From IMG/VR virus record IMGVR_UViG_2563366867_000008: a stretch of 23,271 nt of DNA; one strand, 5' to 3'. A model generated the notes under the pieces. The model saw only the letters and a list, made by a program, of their open reading frames with translations. It searched no databases and had not been told where the DNA came from. A program made the position numbers and the translations under genes. The DNA is from a virus (Duplodnaviria; Heunggongvirae; Uroviricota; Caudoviricetes). This document shows, in pieces, positions 16,169 through 23,271 of the stretch (position 1 is the stretch's first letter; every line of letters begins with the position of its first letter).

Positions 16169-17692
16169 ATGAAACGTGCCATTTCTTACATCAGGTTTTC
16201 ATCTGAGAAGCAATCCCGAGGTGATTCATTACGCCGACAGTCTAAGATGGTTAATGACTGGCTTAAGGCTCATCCTGAGTACTACCTTGACCAAGATTTA
16301 TCTTTTCGTGATTTGGGGGTGAGTGGGTTCACTGGTAAGCACTTGAAAGGTGGCTTAGGTGACTTTTTAACCGCTATCGAGAAAGGGCTTGTTAAAGCTG
16401 GTGATACGCTCTTGATAGAATCTCTTGACCGTCTGTCACGTCAAGATGTAGACCAAGCAAGTGAGCTACTCAGAAACATTCTTCGCTCTGGTGTAGATGT
16501 GGTCACCTTGTCCGATGGTGAACATTACACAAAGGAAAGCTTAAAAGACCCGTTAGCTCTGATTAAAAGCATTTTGATAATGCAGCGGTCGCATGAGGAG
16601 AGTTTGCGTAAATCTGAACGTATCCAAGCTGCATGGGATGCAAAGAAAGAAGCTGCTAAAGCCGGTATCAAGATTTATAAGCGTTGTCCTGCATGGCTTA
16701 AGCTTAATGATGACCGTAAGACCTTCTCTGTGATACCTGAGAAGGTAGAAACTGTGAAGAGGTGCTTTCAATTACGGTTAGAGGGTAAGTCTATTTGGGA
16801 GATTGTCAGGACTCTTAATGATGAAGGTCACCAGACACTTAACCAGTACAAAGCAGGTAAGTTTGGTCAAACCTCAGTGCAAGACCTTCTGAAAAATCGC
16901 TCTGTAATTGGTTACTTCACACCTAAAGGCTGTGAGGAGATAGCTGGTTATTTCCCCCCTATCATCCCTGAGACTGATTTCTACAAAGTCCAGCAACTAT
17001 CATATTCTCGTTATGGAAGAAAGCCTGCTTCAGATAAACCATTGAGTGTGAATCTTTTCAAAGGTGTTATCCGTTGTTCTGAATGTGGTCATGCTTTGAT
17101 TATCACAGGCTTTAGCGATACAAGAAACGGGATTTATCGTTGTCCTCTTCGTAATGAAAACCGTTGTAGTGCTAAAGGACTTTCACGTAAGCAAACCGAT
17201 GGTACATTGCTTGCCCTGCTATCCCGTATAGACCGATTTGATAGCGATATGACGAATACCATAGACACACTGAAGCTACACCGTGAACACATCTCAAGCA
17301 ATATTGAAAAGCTGGTACAGCTATCACTTGAAATTGAAGACTTGTCCGCTATTACCAGCAAACTAAAACAGTTAAAAGGTGAGCTATCACAGGTTGATGC
17401 GGATATCGAGAAGGAGACACAACGCCTTAAATCTATTGATGTTGGTTGTTTGTCTGATTGTGACTTGACTACAAAGGCGGGAAGGATTGAAGCACAACTG
17501 ATAATCAAAAGTGCTGTTAAAGAGGTCATTTTAAATACTGCTAAACGTCGCTGTAAAGTAACTTTTCACAATAGTAAGTCAATCACCCTACCAATAACAG
17601 AAACCCCCTCAGAGGACGTTACAGAGGCTATACAGTCGCTTTCTGAAGTCACTGAGAGGGGGTTGATAGATGTTGATGAGGTTATCATATAG
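16169..17692 (+). CDS. Large serine recombinase (serine integrase)
   Basis: 507 aa; N-terminal resolvase catalytic motif AISYIRFSSEKQ...RQ, recombinase domain, Cys-rich zinc ribbon (CSECGH...YRCP...RC), C-terminal coiled coil; RBS GAGGTGA; candidate -10 TACAAT upstream. Confidence 0.85.
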   Translation: MKRAISYIRFSSEKQSRGDSLRRQSKMVNDWLKAHPEYYLDQDLSFRDLGVSGFTGKHLKGGLGDFLTAIEKGLVKAGDTLLIESLDRLSRQDVDQASELLRNILRSGVDVVTLSDGEHYTKESLKDPLALIKSILIMQRSHEESLRKSERIQAAWDAKKEAAKAGIKIYKRCPAWLKLNDDRKTFSVIPEKVETVKRCFQLRLEGKSIWEIVRTLNDEGHQTLNQYKAGKFGQTSVQDLLKNRSVIGYFTPKGCEEIAGYFPPIIPETDFYKVQQLSYSRYGRKPASDKPLSVNLFKGVIRCSECGHALIITGFSDTRNGIYRCPLRNENRCSAKGLSRKQTDGTLLALLSRIDRFDSDMTNTIDTLKLHREHISSNIEKLVQLSLEIEDLSAITSKLKQLKGELSQVDADIEKETQRLKSIDVGCLSDCDLTTKAGRIEAQLIIKSAVKEVILNTAKRRCKVTFHNSKSITLPITETPSEDVTEAIQSLSEVTERGLIDVDEVII

Positions 17693-17706
17693 TTGAGATT
17701 CTATCG

Positions 17707-18480
17707 TCAGAATCGCTTGTTAGGATTCACAGAAAATTTCTTCAAAGTACTACCTGTACCAGCATTATTAAGCACCTTTGAAGCTTGCGCATTAGCGGCA
17801 TCTGAGAAGGTGCTTTTTCCATTCTCAACTTTGACACTTTTACCACAATTGATACGGGCTTGAAGTTGCTCATTAGTGAGTTCACTCGTAGAGCGATTAT
17901 ATAGCTCCTGACACAGCAACATACCATTACCTAGACTTGTCGTAGTGTTACCAGTGTTCTTCTTAGAAGTTGCACCACCATCATTCGTGGTAGCAGTCTT
18001 TCCAGTTGCAGCAGAAATATCAGTCTGACCAACAATAGCTTTGAAGTTAATTTCCTGAAAAGTTAGCTGGATTCTTAGACCGTTTGAAATCCCCACATCT
18101 TTAGAGGCTTTAAAACTCGTAATAATGGAATCGTCAATTTTAATTCCGTCTTTACAGATGACCGAAATAATCTGTTTCTGGTCACGCCAGCTTTCAAGAG
18201 TGTCGATGAAGTTTTCTACTAATTGACCCTGACGAGTTAATAATAAGCTTCCTTCATAGCCAACTACAACGACACCACTAATAGTGATTGTTCTGGGTGC
18301 TCTTTGCACATTATCTGTAACGGTTTGTCCTGATTGCATGTTCTGTGTAGTCACCTGCATAGGACTATCAAATTCCATGTTTTCAGTTGCTGATAAGGTT
18401 AAGAAGGCATCTACATTATCTCTTAAGTGGAAATAGATGCCGTCTTTGCCACTATATTTGATTTGGTTAGAGTAAATCAT
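17707..18480 (-). CDS. Hypothetical protein with Thr/Gly-rich linker (possible tail-associated protein)
   Basis: 257 aa from internal ATG with RBS AAAGGGGA (ORF extends to 18501); follows the tape-measure-like gene; no domain recognised. Confidence 0.5.
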   Translation of the reverse strand: MIYSNQIKYSGKDGIYFHLRDNVDAFLTLSATENMEFDSPMQVTTQNMQSGQTVTDNVQRAPRTITISGVVVVGYEGSLLLTRQGQLVENFIDTLESWRDQKQIISVICKDGIKIDDSIITSFKASKDVGISNGLRIQLTFQEINFKAIVGQTDISAATGKTATTNDGGATSKKNTGNTTTSLGNGMLLCQELYNRSTSELTNEQLQARINCGKSVKVENGKSTFSDAANAQASKVLNNAGTGSTLKKFSVNPNKRF

Positions 18481-18555
18481 TAAATTCCCCTTTGATTTCA
18501 AAGGCTTAGTGTATTTTAATCATTTTTAACCAAGCCTTTGATATATAAGTGTTTT

Positions 18556-18626
18556 CTCTGTTAAGCGTGTTGTACGTAAATTCTATTTTTCAGTGTGGGT
18601 ATTAGCTTTACAGATTTCACGTAGCA
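18556..18626 (-). promoter_or_regulatory. Conserved cis-element, copy B (upstream of 264-aa gene)
   Basis: Blocks CTCTGTTAAGCGTG / TACGTAAA / GTGGGTAT / AGATTTCACGTAGCA shared with copy A at 20702-20772. Confidence 0.6.
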
Positions 18627-18637
18627 TTCGACTATTA

Positions 18638-20686
18638 TCAATCATCTTCTGGGAATGATGAACTTAATAGCGTAGCTTCTGCGTATTGGTCGTAGATATT
18701 ACTGCTAAAGGTCATAAAGCTGGTTTCATCTGGTTTAATGGCAACTTCACCACCAAGTGAAACTTTCACAGGCTCCTGAATACGTTTGCTCAAAGCACTA
18801 ATTTCATCTCTCAGGCTTTGGATATCCGTATTCGTTAATGCCGCATCTTGTCTCATGGTGATTAATTCTGGATGCTGGAAGTTAGCAAGATTCATAGCTG
18901 CACTATTAAACCAACCTTTCACATCGTCCATAGTAAATACTGGCTTAAGTCCAGATTCTTTAGCTAACTCTGGTAATTTAGCTTGTGCTTCCATTCGTTC
19001 AGGTGTAGAGGCTAGTCTTTCATAACCTGCATAGAGAGCGCTACCAGCTAATAGCATATTCCCAAGATTCAGTCTTGATGGTTTCCCATTCTTTCTATTC
19101 ACGTTATCCGCTGTAGTATCAGCAACCTGACCTAATCTTGTGATAGCAGTCATAAGCCCGTAAATACTTCTGGTTACACCAACAACTTTATTTACAGCAA
19201 TAACACCAGCCAAGACTTTTAAACTATTAATCAAGCCAGAACCTAAAGCATCAACAACTTTCTTTTGTTCATCGGTTAAACCACGATAAGCTAATGTCAC
19301 CTCATCAAAGAACGCTCGCACCTTGTAACTAATATCGGCCAGACTATCGACACCATGTGACATATCAGTCATCAAGCTACCAAGAGATTCACCAAGACTT
19401 TTACCACTTCCACCAAGAGCGTTTAAAAGCGTTGTTAAGCTTCTTGTAAAATCTTGCAGACCACTTTCAGAACCTCTGAAGATACTATCAAGCGTGGTAT
19501 TCCAAGAGTTTTTCAGGTTCCCTAATTGTGCCTGTGTACTTTCTGAAATAGCTTTCCAGCCACCTTTAGCGGTGATTTGTCTATTCAGTTCCTGAGTGAC
19601 CTTCTGAAGAGTATCGGCAGATTTTAAAGCCCCCTTCTTCATGGCATCAAATAATTCCTGTTCAGTCTTTCCGGTTGCTTTAGCGAATACCTGAACCATA
19701 CCAGGAACAGCTTCAGCTAGTTGCCCCTTAAGCTCTTCAGCCATAACCTGACCCTTACCAGCCATCTGTGATAATGCTGTCAGTGCTCGCTTAATCTCTT
19801 CTTCACTTCGACCCATCAGACGAGAATAGCCAATCATACTTCTAAAAAGTTCTTCAGAACCTTGAATACCCATAGACTCTTTAGCTGAAGCACCGAAACC
19901 AGCAAACTGTGATTGCAGTTCAGCGATATCTAAACCCGTTGTTTGAGCTAATGACTTTGTGAACTCTTTTACCTGACCTGCATCTTTATCAAATACGAAA
20001 TCAATTGAACGTTCAGCACTTGCACGCTGTAAACCAATTTCCATTACTCGCTGATAAGCTGCCAAAGCACTTTGAAAAGTGTAAATAGCCGTACCCGCTT
20101 TAATTGCACTTGAAGCTAGTACATCTAAACCATTTGAAGCATTTTCACTGTGATTATTTTTGCTGGTGGTCTTGTTAAACTTAGAAAGTGTTTCACGTAG
20201 ATTTTGATTTAACTTTGCTAACTCACGATTAAAAGCTTCGTTTCCAAGTGTCTTGGATTTACTACTTAATGCGTAAAACTGACTCTTAATGTATTTCTCG
20301 ACAATTGGGTTAAGACCTTTCAGCTTAGACATATTCGCTGAATAAGCCGCTGTGATTGCTCTGTTGCCGCTAATTCGTGGCTGTCTTGGCTGTCTAAGTG
20401 GCTTTAAAGTATCCTCAATTTCCGTTTTAATCTTAAACGCTCTAGTGTTTTTAAGACGCTGCTCAATCTTGTCAAAGGTCTTATTAAACTTCCTTTCAAG
20501 TTGCCCTAAAGAACTTGTCAGATTGCTGTCAAGTTGCTTGGTATCGACCTTAAACGCTCTATTCAAATTACGTTCAATTCTTTGTGCTGACTGCAAAGCT
20601 GCCTTTTCAACTCTTTGCAAGCCCTTAATAACGTTCTCGCTGAAGCCTAGCTCAACGATAAAACTATCAACTTTAAATTGTGCCAT
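18638..20686 (-). CDS. Phage tail tape-measure-like protein
   Basis: 682 aa, largely alpha-helical/coiled-coil; central LSQMAGKGQVMAEELKGQLAEAVPGMVQVFAKATGKTEQELFDAMKKGAL segment matches the tape-measure core motif as I remember it. Confidence 0.65.
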   Translation of the reverse strand: MAQFKVDSFIVELGFSENVIKGLQRVEKAALQSAQRIERNLNRAFKVDTKQLDSNLTSSLGQLERKFNKTFDKIEQRLKNTRAFKIKTEIEDTLKPLRQPRQPRISGNRAITAAYSANMSKLKGLNPIVEKYIKSQFYALSSKSKTLGNEAFNRELAKLNQNLRETLSKFNKTTSKNNHSENASNGLDVLASSAIKAGTAIYTFQSALAAYQRVMEIGLQRASAERSIDFVFDKDAGQVKEFTKSLAQTTGLDIAELQSQFAGFGASAKESMGIQGSEELFRSMIGYSRLMGRSEEEIKRALTALSQMAGKGQVMAEELKGQLAEAVPGMVQVFAKATGKTEQELFDAMKKGALKSADTLQKVTQELNRQITAKGGWKAISESTQAQLGNLKNSWNTTLDSIFRGSESGLQDFTRSLTTLLNALGGSGKSLGESLGSLMTDMSHGVDSLADISYKVRAFFDEVTLAYRGLTDEQKKVVDALGSGLINSLKVLAGVIAVNKVVGVTRSIYGLMTAITRLGQVADTTADNVNRKNGKPSRLNLGNMLLAGSALYAGYERLASTPERMEAQAKLPELAKESGLKPVFTMDDVKGWFNSAAMNLANFQHPELITMRQDAALTNTDIQSLRDEISALSKRIQEPVKVSLGGEVAIKPDETSFMTFSSNIYDQYAEATLLSSSFPEDD

Positions 20687-20701
20687 TGTTCATATTTCAC
20701 C

Positions 20702-20772
20702 TCTGTTAAGCGTGAGCTACGTAAAAAATAATTTTTGGTGGGTATATCTGTTCAGAAGATTTCACGTAGCAC
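20702..20772 (-). promoter_or_regulatory. Conserved cis-element, copy A (upstream of tape-measure-like gene)
   Basis: Same block order as copy B; ends 15 nt from the ATG; contains inverted repeat GCTACGT...ACGTAGC. Confidence 0.6.
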
Positions 20773-20779
20773 ACATACA

Positions 20780-20821
20780 AAAAAGGGAGAAACTACCGAA
20801 TAATATCGATAATCTCTCCCC
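20780..20821 (-). terminator. Rho-independent terminator after the 69-aa gene
   Basis: Minus strand: GGGAGA...TCTCCC stem followed by TTTTTT. Confidence 0.6.
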
Positions 20822-20869
20822 GTGTTATAGATTCGATAGAACCTATCTCATACACCCAACCAATCTTTT

Positions 20870-21079
20870 TTAATGCCTGACAAGATAATGTAGTTCCGTT
20901 TCACCTATAATTTGAGCATCGGAAGGGATACGGTCGATACACCACTTTGGAATCTTGCGTGTTTTTGGTTTGCGTGAGGTGATAATTTGATGTTTGGTTT
21001 TAATTCTTAAGGCTGGCTTAGTTTGTAACTTTAAGTTTTCACAAACAGACCGAATAGTCTCTAAACGTTCTTCAAACAT
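20870..21079 (-). CDS. Small basic protein
   Basis: 69 aa; RBS GAGGTG; Lys/Arg-rich. Confidence 0.5.
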   Translation of the reverse strand: MFEERLETIRSVCENLKLQTKPALRIKTKHQIITSRKPKTRKIPKWCIDRIPSDAQIIGETELHYLVRH

Positions 21080-21102
21080 TAATCACCTCTTTTAATTCAT
21101 AA

Positions 21103-21810
21103 TCAAAGTGCTTTGCTGTATTTCTGAGAAATCTTCGTTAACTGCTCAATATCAGCCTGCATAGCAACCTTCTTCTGCGTTTCATAGTCACTAATAATCG
21201 CTTTCATGCTATCAAGTTCTTTTTTAAGCTTTTGCTTTAACTTATCCAGTTTACCGGAATAATGCTTAGTCAAATTAGCTTCAGCTAACTGAAGAATCTC
21301 TTCATCTGTTTTATCAGTCGTCAAAATAAATTGACCAGAACCCCTTAATGCTTGTCTGACATCAATTAACCGGAACCCTTCAGGGATACTTTGAAGAACT
21401 TTAGGAACGTCTTCAATCGCTGTACCAAAACCATCATTAAAGTTTCCTTCATAATAGATAAACGGGTTTGACTTAATCTCGTAAGCAATATCATATTCTG
21501 AAGGTTTCGAGGTTTCTTCGAAGTTCTTAACCGCATCGTAAGCAATATCAAGTTTAATTCTTTGTGCTTTCAGTAGTGGGTAATATTCACGCTCAAGCTC
21601 AAGTAATGATTCAGTTTTGCATACATCAGGCATCTCTTGAGGTTCAGGAGTCACAAAGATGATTTCCTTTGGTGACATCTTTAACTCTTGCTCAAGTGCA
21701 ATTCTTTCATCGTGCTCTTTGCGCTGAATAGCGATAGCTGGATGTTCAGTCTGTGGTGACCAGTCACCGAAGCTATCAATCTTTTTACCGTTAATATATA
21801 GATTTTCCAT
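21103..21810 (-). CDS. Acidic hypothetical protein with C-terminal coiled coil
   Basis: 235 aa from internal ATG with RBS GAGGAAAA (ORF extends to 21855). Confidence 0.5.
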   Translation of the reverse strand: MENLYINGKKIDSFGDWSPQTEHPAIAIQRKEHDERIALEQELKMSPKEIIFVTPEPQEMPDVCKTESLLELEREYYPLLKAQRIKLDIAYDAVKNFEETSKPSEYDIAYEIKSNPFIYYEGNFNDGFGTAIEDVPKVLQSIPEGFRLIDVRQALRGSGQFILTTDKTDEEILQLAEANLTKHYSGKLDKLKQKLKKELDSMKAIISDYETQKKVAMQADIEQLTKISQKYSKAL

Positions 21811-22063
21811 TTCATTTTCCTCTTCTAAGTAATATTCAGTTTTTAAAAAGCACACCTGACAGCCTATCTAAACTTAGAAGAGACTTAAAAGGCGGTTTGC
21901 CAAGTATGCTTTTTAAAAGCTGAAAAAGCCCTAAACATAGGTGATTCGGATATTCATGGAATCATCCTTATCTGTGAAGGGCTTTGGAGGTTTGCTTTAT
22001 AACGTTAACGAAGTTTCAGGAAAAACTTTCTTTAAAAGTTCTGTTTAAAAACTCTTAAAGAAA

Positions 22064-22083
22064 GCCCTAATCATGATTAGGGC
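22064..22083. promoter_or_regulatory. Perfect 20-bp palindrome GCCCTAATCATGATTAGGGC (operator-like)
   Basis: Exact palindrome; related half-sites AAAGCCCT at 21925-21932, AGGGCTTT at 21979-21986 and CCCTAA/TTAGGG at 22757-22778. Confidence 0.6.
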
Positions 22084-22216
22084 AAAGCTGTAAAGGGTTC
22101 AATGAATGAATGATTAAGCACTTTTCGAGATGACCTCTCAGGTTATATAAGAGGCCATGTAGCGAAAAGCATTGCACCTTTCAGAATAACTATCCCTAGA
22201 TGTAGATGGAATTGTT

Positions 22217-22243
22217 GAAAGAAATAAGAGAGCAATTCTCTCT
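22217..22243 (-). terminator. Putative terminator after the 101-aa/25-aa operon
   Basis: Minus strand: AGAGAG-aattg-CTCTCT stem followed by TATTTCTTTC. Confidence 0.45.
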
Positions 22244-22305
22244 ATAATTAAAATTATGTCATGCTTAAGGTTATTTGTCAACAGCTTTTTAACAGATTGG
22301 TAACA

Positions 22306-22383
22306 TTAATTCTTATTTACCGTATTACCTACCCAGCAACCAACAAATAGCCCTAAAACCGTCCAGAGAATAACGAGTGTCAT
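22306..22383 (-). CDS. 25-aa hydrophobic peptide (MTLVILWTVLGLFVGCWVGNTVNKN)
   Basis: Manually translated; GAGGTG 5 nt upstream; start overlaps stop of the 101-aa gene; single predicted TM helix. Confidence 0.4.
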   Translation of the reverse strand: MTLVILWTVLGLFVGCWVGNTVNKN

Positions 22384-22688
22384 TACATCACCTCACTGTA
22401 AGGGTTTAATTCATTCTGATAGGTCAAGAATACATTCAGCTTCAATAATTGCTCCGGGCTTAAATCAAGTCGGTTGCATTCGCTTGTGATAAATCTCTTG
22501 TAGTCTGGGTCTGTTACTTCCAGTTTATGAACAAAGTCACCAAGTTTAATTTCGTTGATTATATGCTTGTCAATATACGTTGACGCTTCAAAACAATGCA
22601 TGAAATAGATATTAAAGCCCGACCTGTTCAGGTCATTAAGCCAATTCATAGTTTCTTGGTCAACCATAACTTGCATTGAATAATTCAT
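22383..22688 (-). CDS. Hypothetical protein
   Basis: 101 aa; RBS AGGAAGGA; no domain recognised. Confidence 0.5.
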   Translation of the reverse strand: MNYSMQVMVDQETMNWLNDLNRSGFNIYFMHCFEASTYIDKHIINEIKLGDFVHKLEVTDPDYKRFITSECNRLDLSPEQLLKLNVFLTYQNELNPYSEVM

Positions 22689-22834
22689 TTTTAAAATCCT
22701 TCCTGTATCGCATTCTAAGACGTTTTAACCCCTTTTTTAGACCACTTAAGGCGATTCCCTAAGTTACCCTGATTAGGGGCTTAAAATCGCTTAGAATTCG
22801 TCTGGTAAAGCCTGAGAGATATGTTTTACTGTTT

Positions 22835-23050
22835 TTAGCTCAAGTCTGAGACTAATAGCCCCATCTGGTGACCGTAGTCTTTTAACCAGCTTTGCTTAAC
22901 CGGAGCCTTCAGAGAATAGTTAGGGGCTGACAAGTGAAGATAGATATCATCTTTGCCGTGGATGCTTCCCCATCCTTCGTATAACTCAAGCAAGTTTTCA
23001 AAATAACGAAATGCTTTATTAGTCTGAAGTTGTACTGTGATAGTTTTCAT
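22835..23050 (-). CDS. Hypothetical protein, second gene of an overlapping pair
   Basis: 71 aa from ATG at 23050 preceded by GGGGTG; start overlaps upstream stop by 1 nt. Confidence 0.4.
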   Translation of the reverse strand: MKTITVQLQTNKAFRYFENLLELYEGWGSIHGKDDIYLHLSAPNYSLKAPVKQSWLKDYGHQMGLLVSDLS

Positions 23051-23271
23051 CAAGCACCCCATTCAGAAATAAGCTTAATTCCCTGCTCAAGCTGTTCAGG
23101 GTCGTTATAGTCGAGTATTACCAGTGGCTTTAATTCGTGTTTAAGCTGGTGGATTTGAGAGGGTTTTAATCGTTTGTTTGCTTTGAGGGTCACATCTTCA
23201 AATTCAGCATCTGCTAAATTCTGTCTGATTAGGTGGCTGCCAAGTGTGGAATATTGGAACCTGTAACACAT
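23050..23271 (-). CDS. Hypothetical protein, first gene of the pair; 5' end may lie beyond the window
   Basis: 73-aa ORF reaching the window edge. Confidence 0.35.
   Translation of the reverse strand: MCYRFQYSTLGSHLIRQNLADAEFEDVTLKANKRLKPSQIHQLKHELKPLVILDYNDPEQLEQGIKLISEWGA

Larger units (their letters stand above)
16100..23271. mobile_element. AT-rich integrated element with large serine recombinase (extends beyond window end)
   Basis: Abrupt composition change at ~16100 inside the yecE-like frame; serine recombinase at the edge; phage tape-measure-like gene. Confidence 0.65.

Noticed and set aside
18786-20873. Plus-strand ORFs 18786-19025 and 20352-20873
   Set aside because: Antisense to the tape-measure-like gene and its control region; low-complexity translations.
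1-23271. CRISPR array
   Set aside because: No regularly spaced short direct repeats with unique spacers; the repeats found are iterons, operator half-sites and a duplicated promoter module.

Overview
The window holds two adjacent horizontally acquired elements. (1) Positions ~1-15,700 are the early/immunity/integration half of a lambdoid prophage, laid out as a mirror image of the lambda map. The early-right operon is on the minus strand: two Rha-family genes, small ORFs, an O-like initiator with in-gene iterons, DnaC-like loader, DnaB-like helicase, DUF968 protein, Q-like antiterminator, tR' terminator, a methyltransferase remnant and three tRNAs (CAU, UCG, UCU anticodons). No toxin or lysis genes follow the tRNAs inside the window. 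On the plus strand are a cI-type HTH/S24 repressor flanked by repeated AGTATCAA half-sites, then an accessory 'early-left' region with no recognisable N, exo, bet or gam, only small unknown genes, an AT-rich moron block and a small membrane protein + SPFH/band-7 lipoprotein pair, ending in putative xis and a tyrosine integrase abutting an internal fragment of a DUF72 (yecE-like) gene. (2) From ~16,100 to the window end is a sharply AT-richer element that truncates the same yecE-like gene. It carries a large serine recombinase, a 682-aa tape-measure-like protein, a 264-aa protein, a conserved ~70-bp module duplicated upstream of both, GCCCTAA-type palindromes, and several small unknown genes including a 25-aa hydrophobic peptide. 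This second element and the prophage accessory modules are the best candidates for undescribed biology. All calls rest on reading the sequence and remembered family motifs; no database searches were run.
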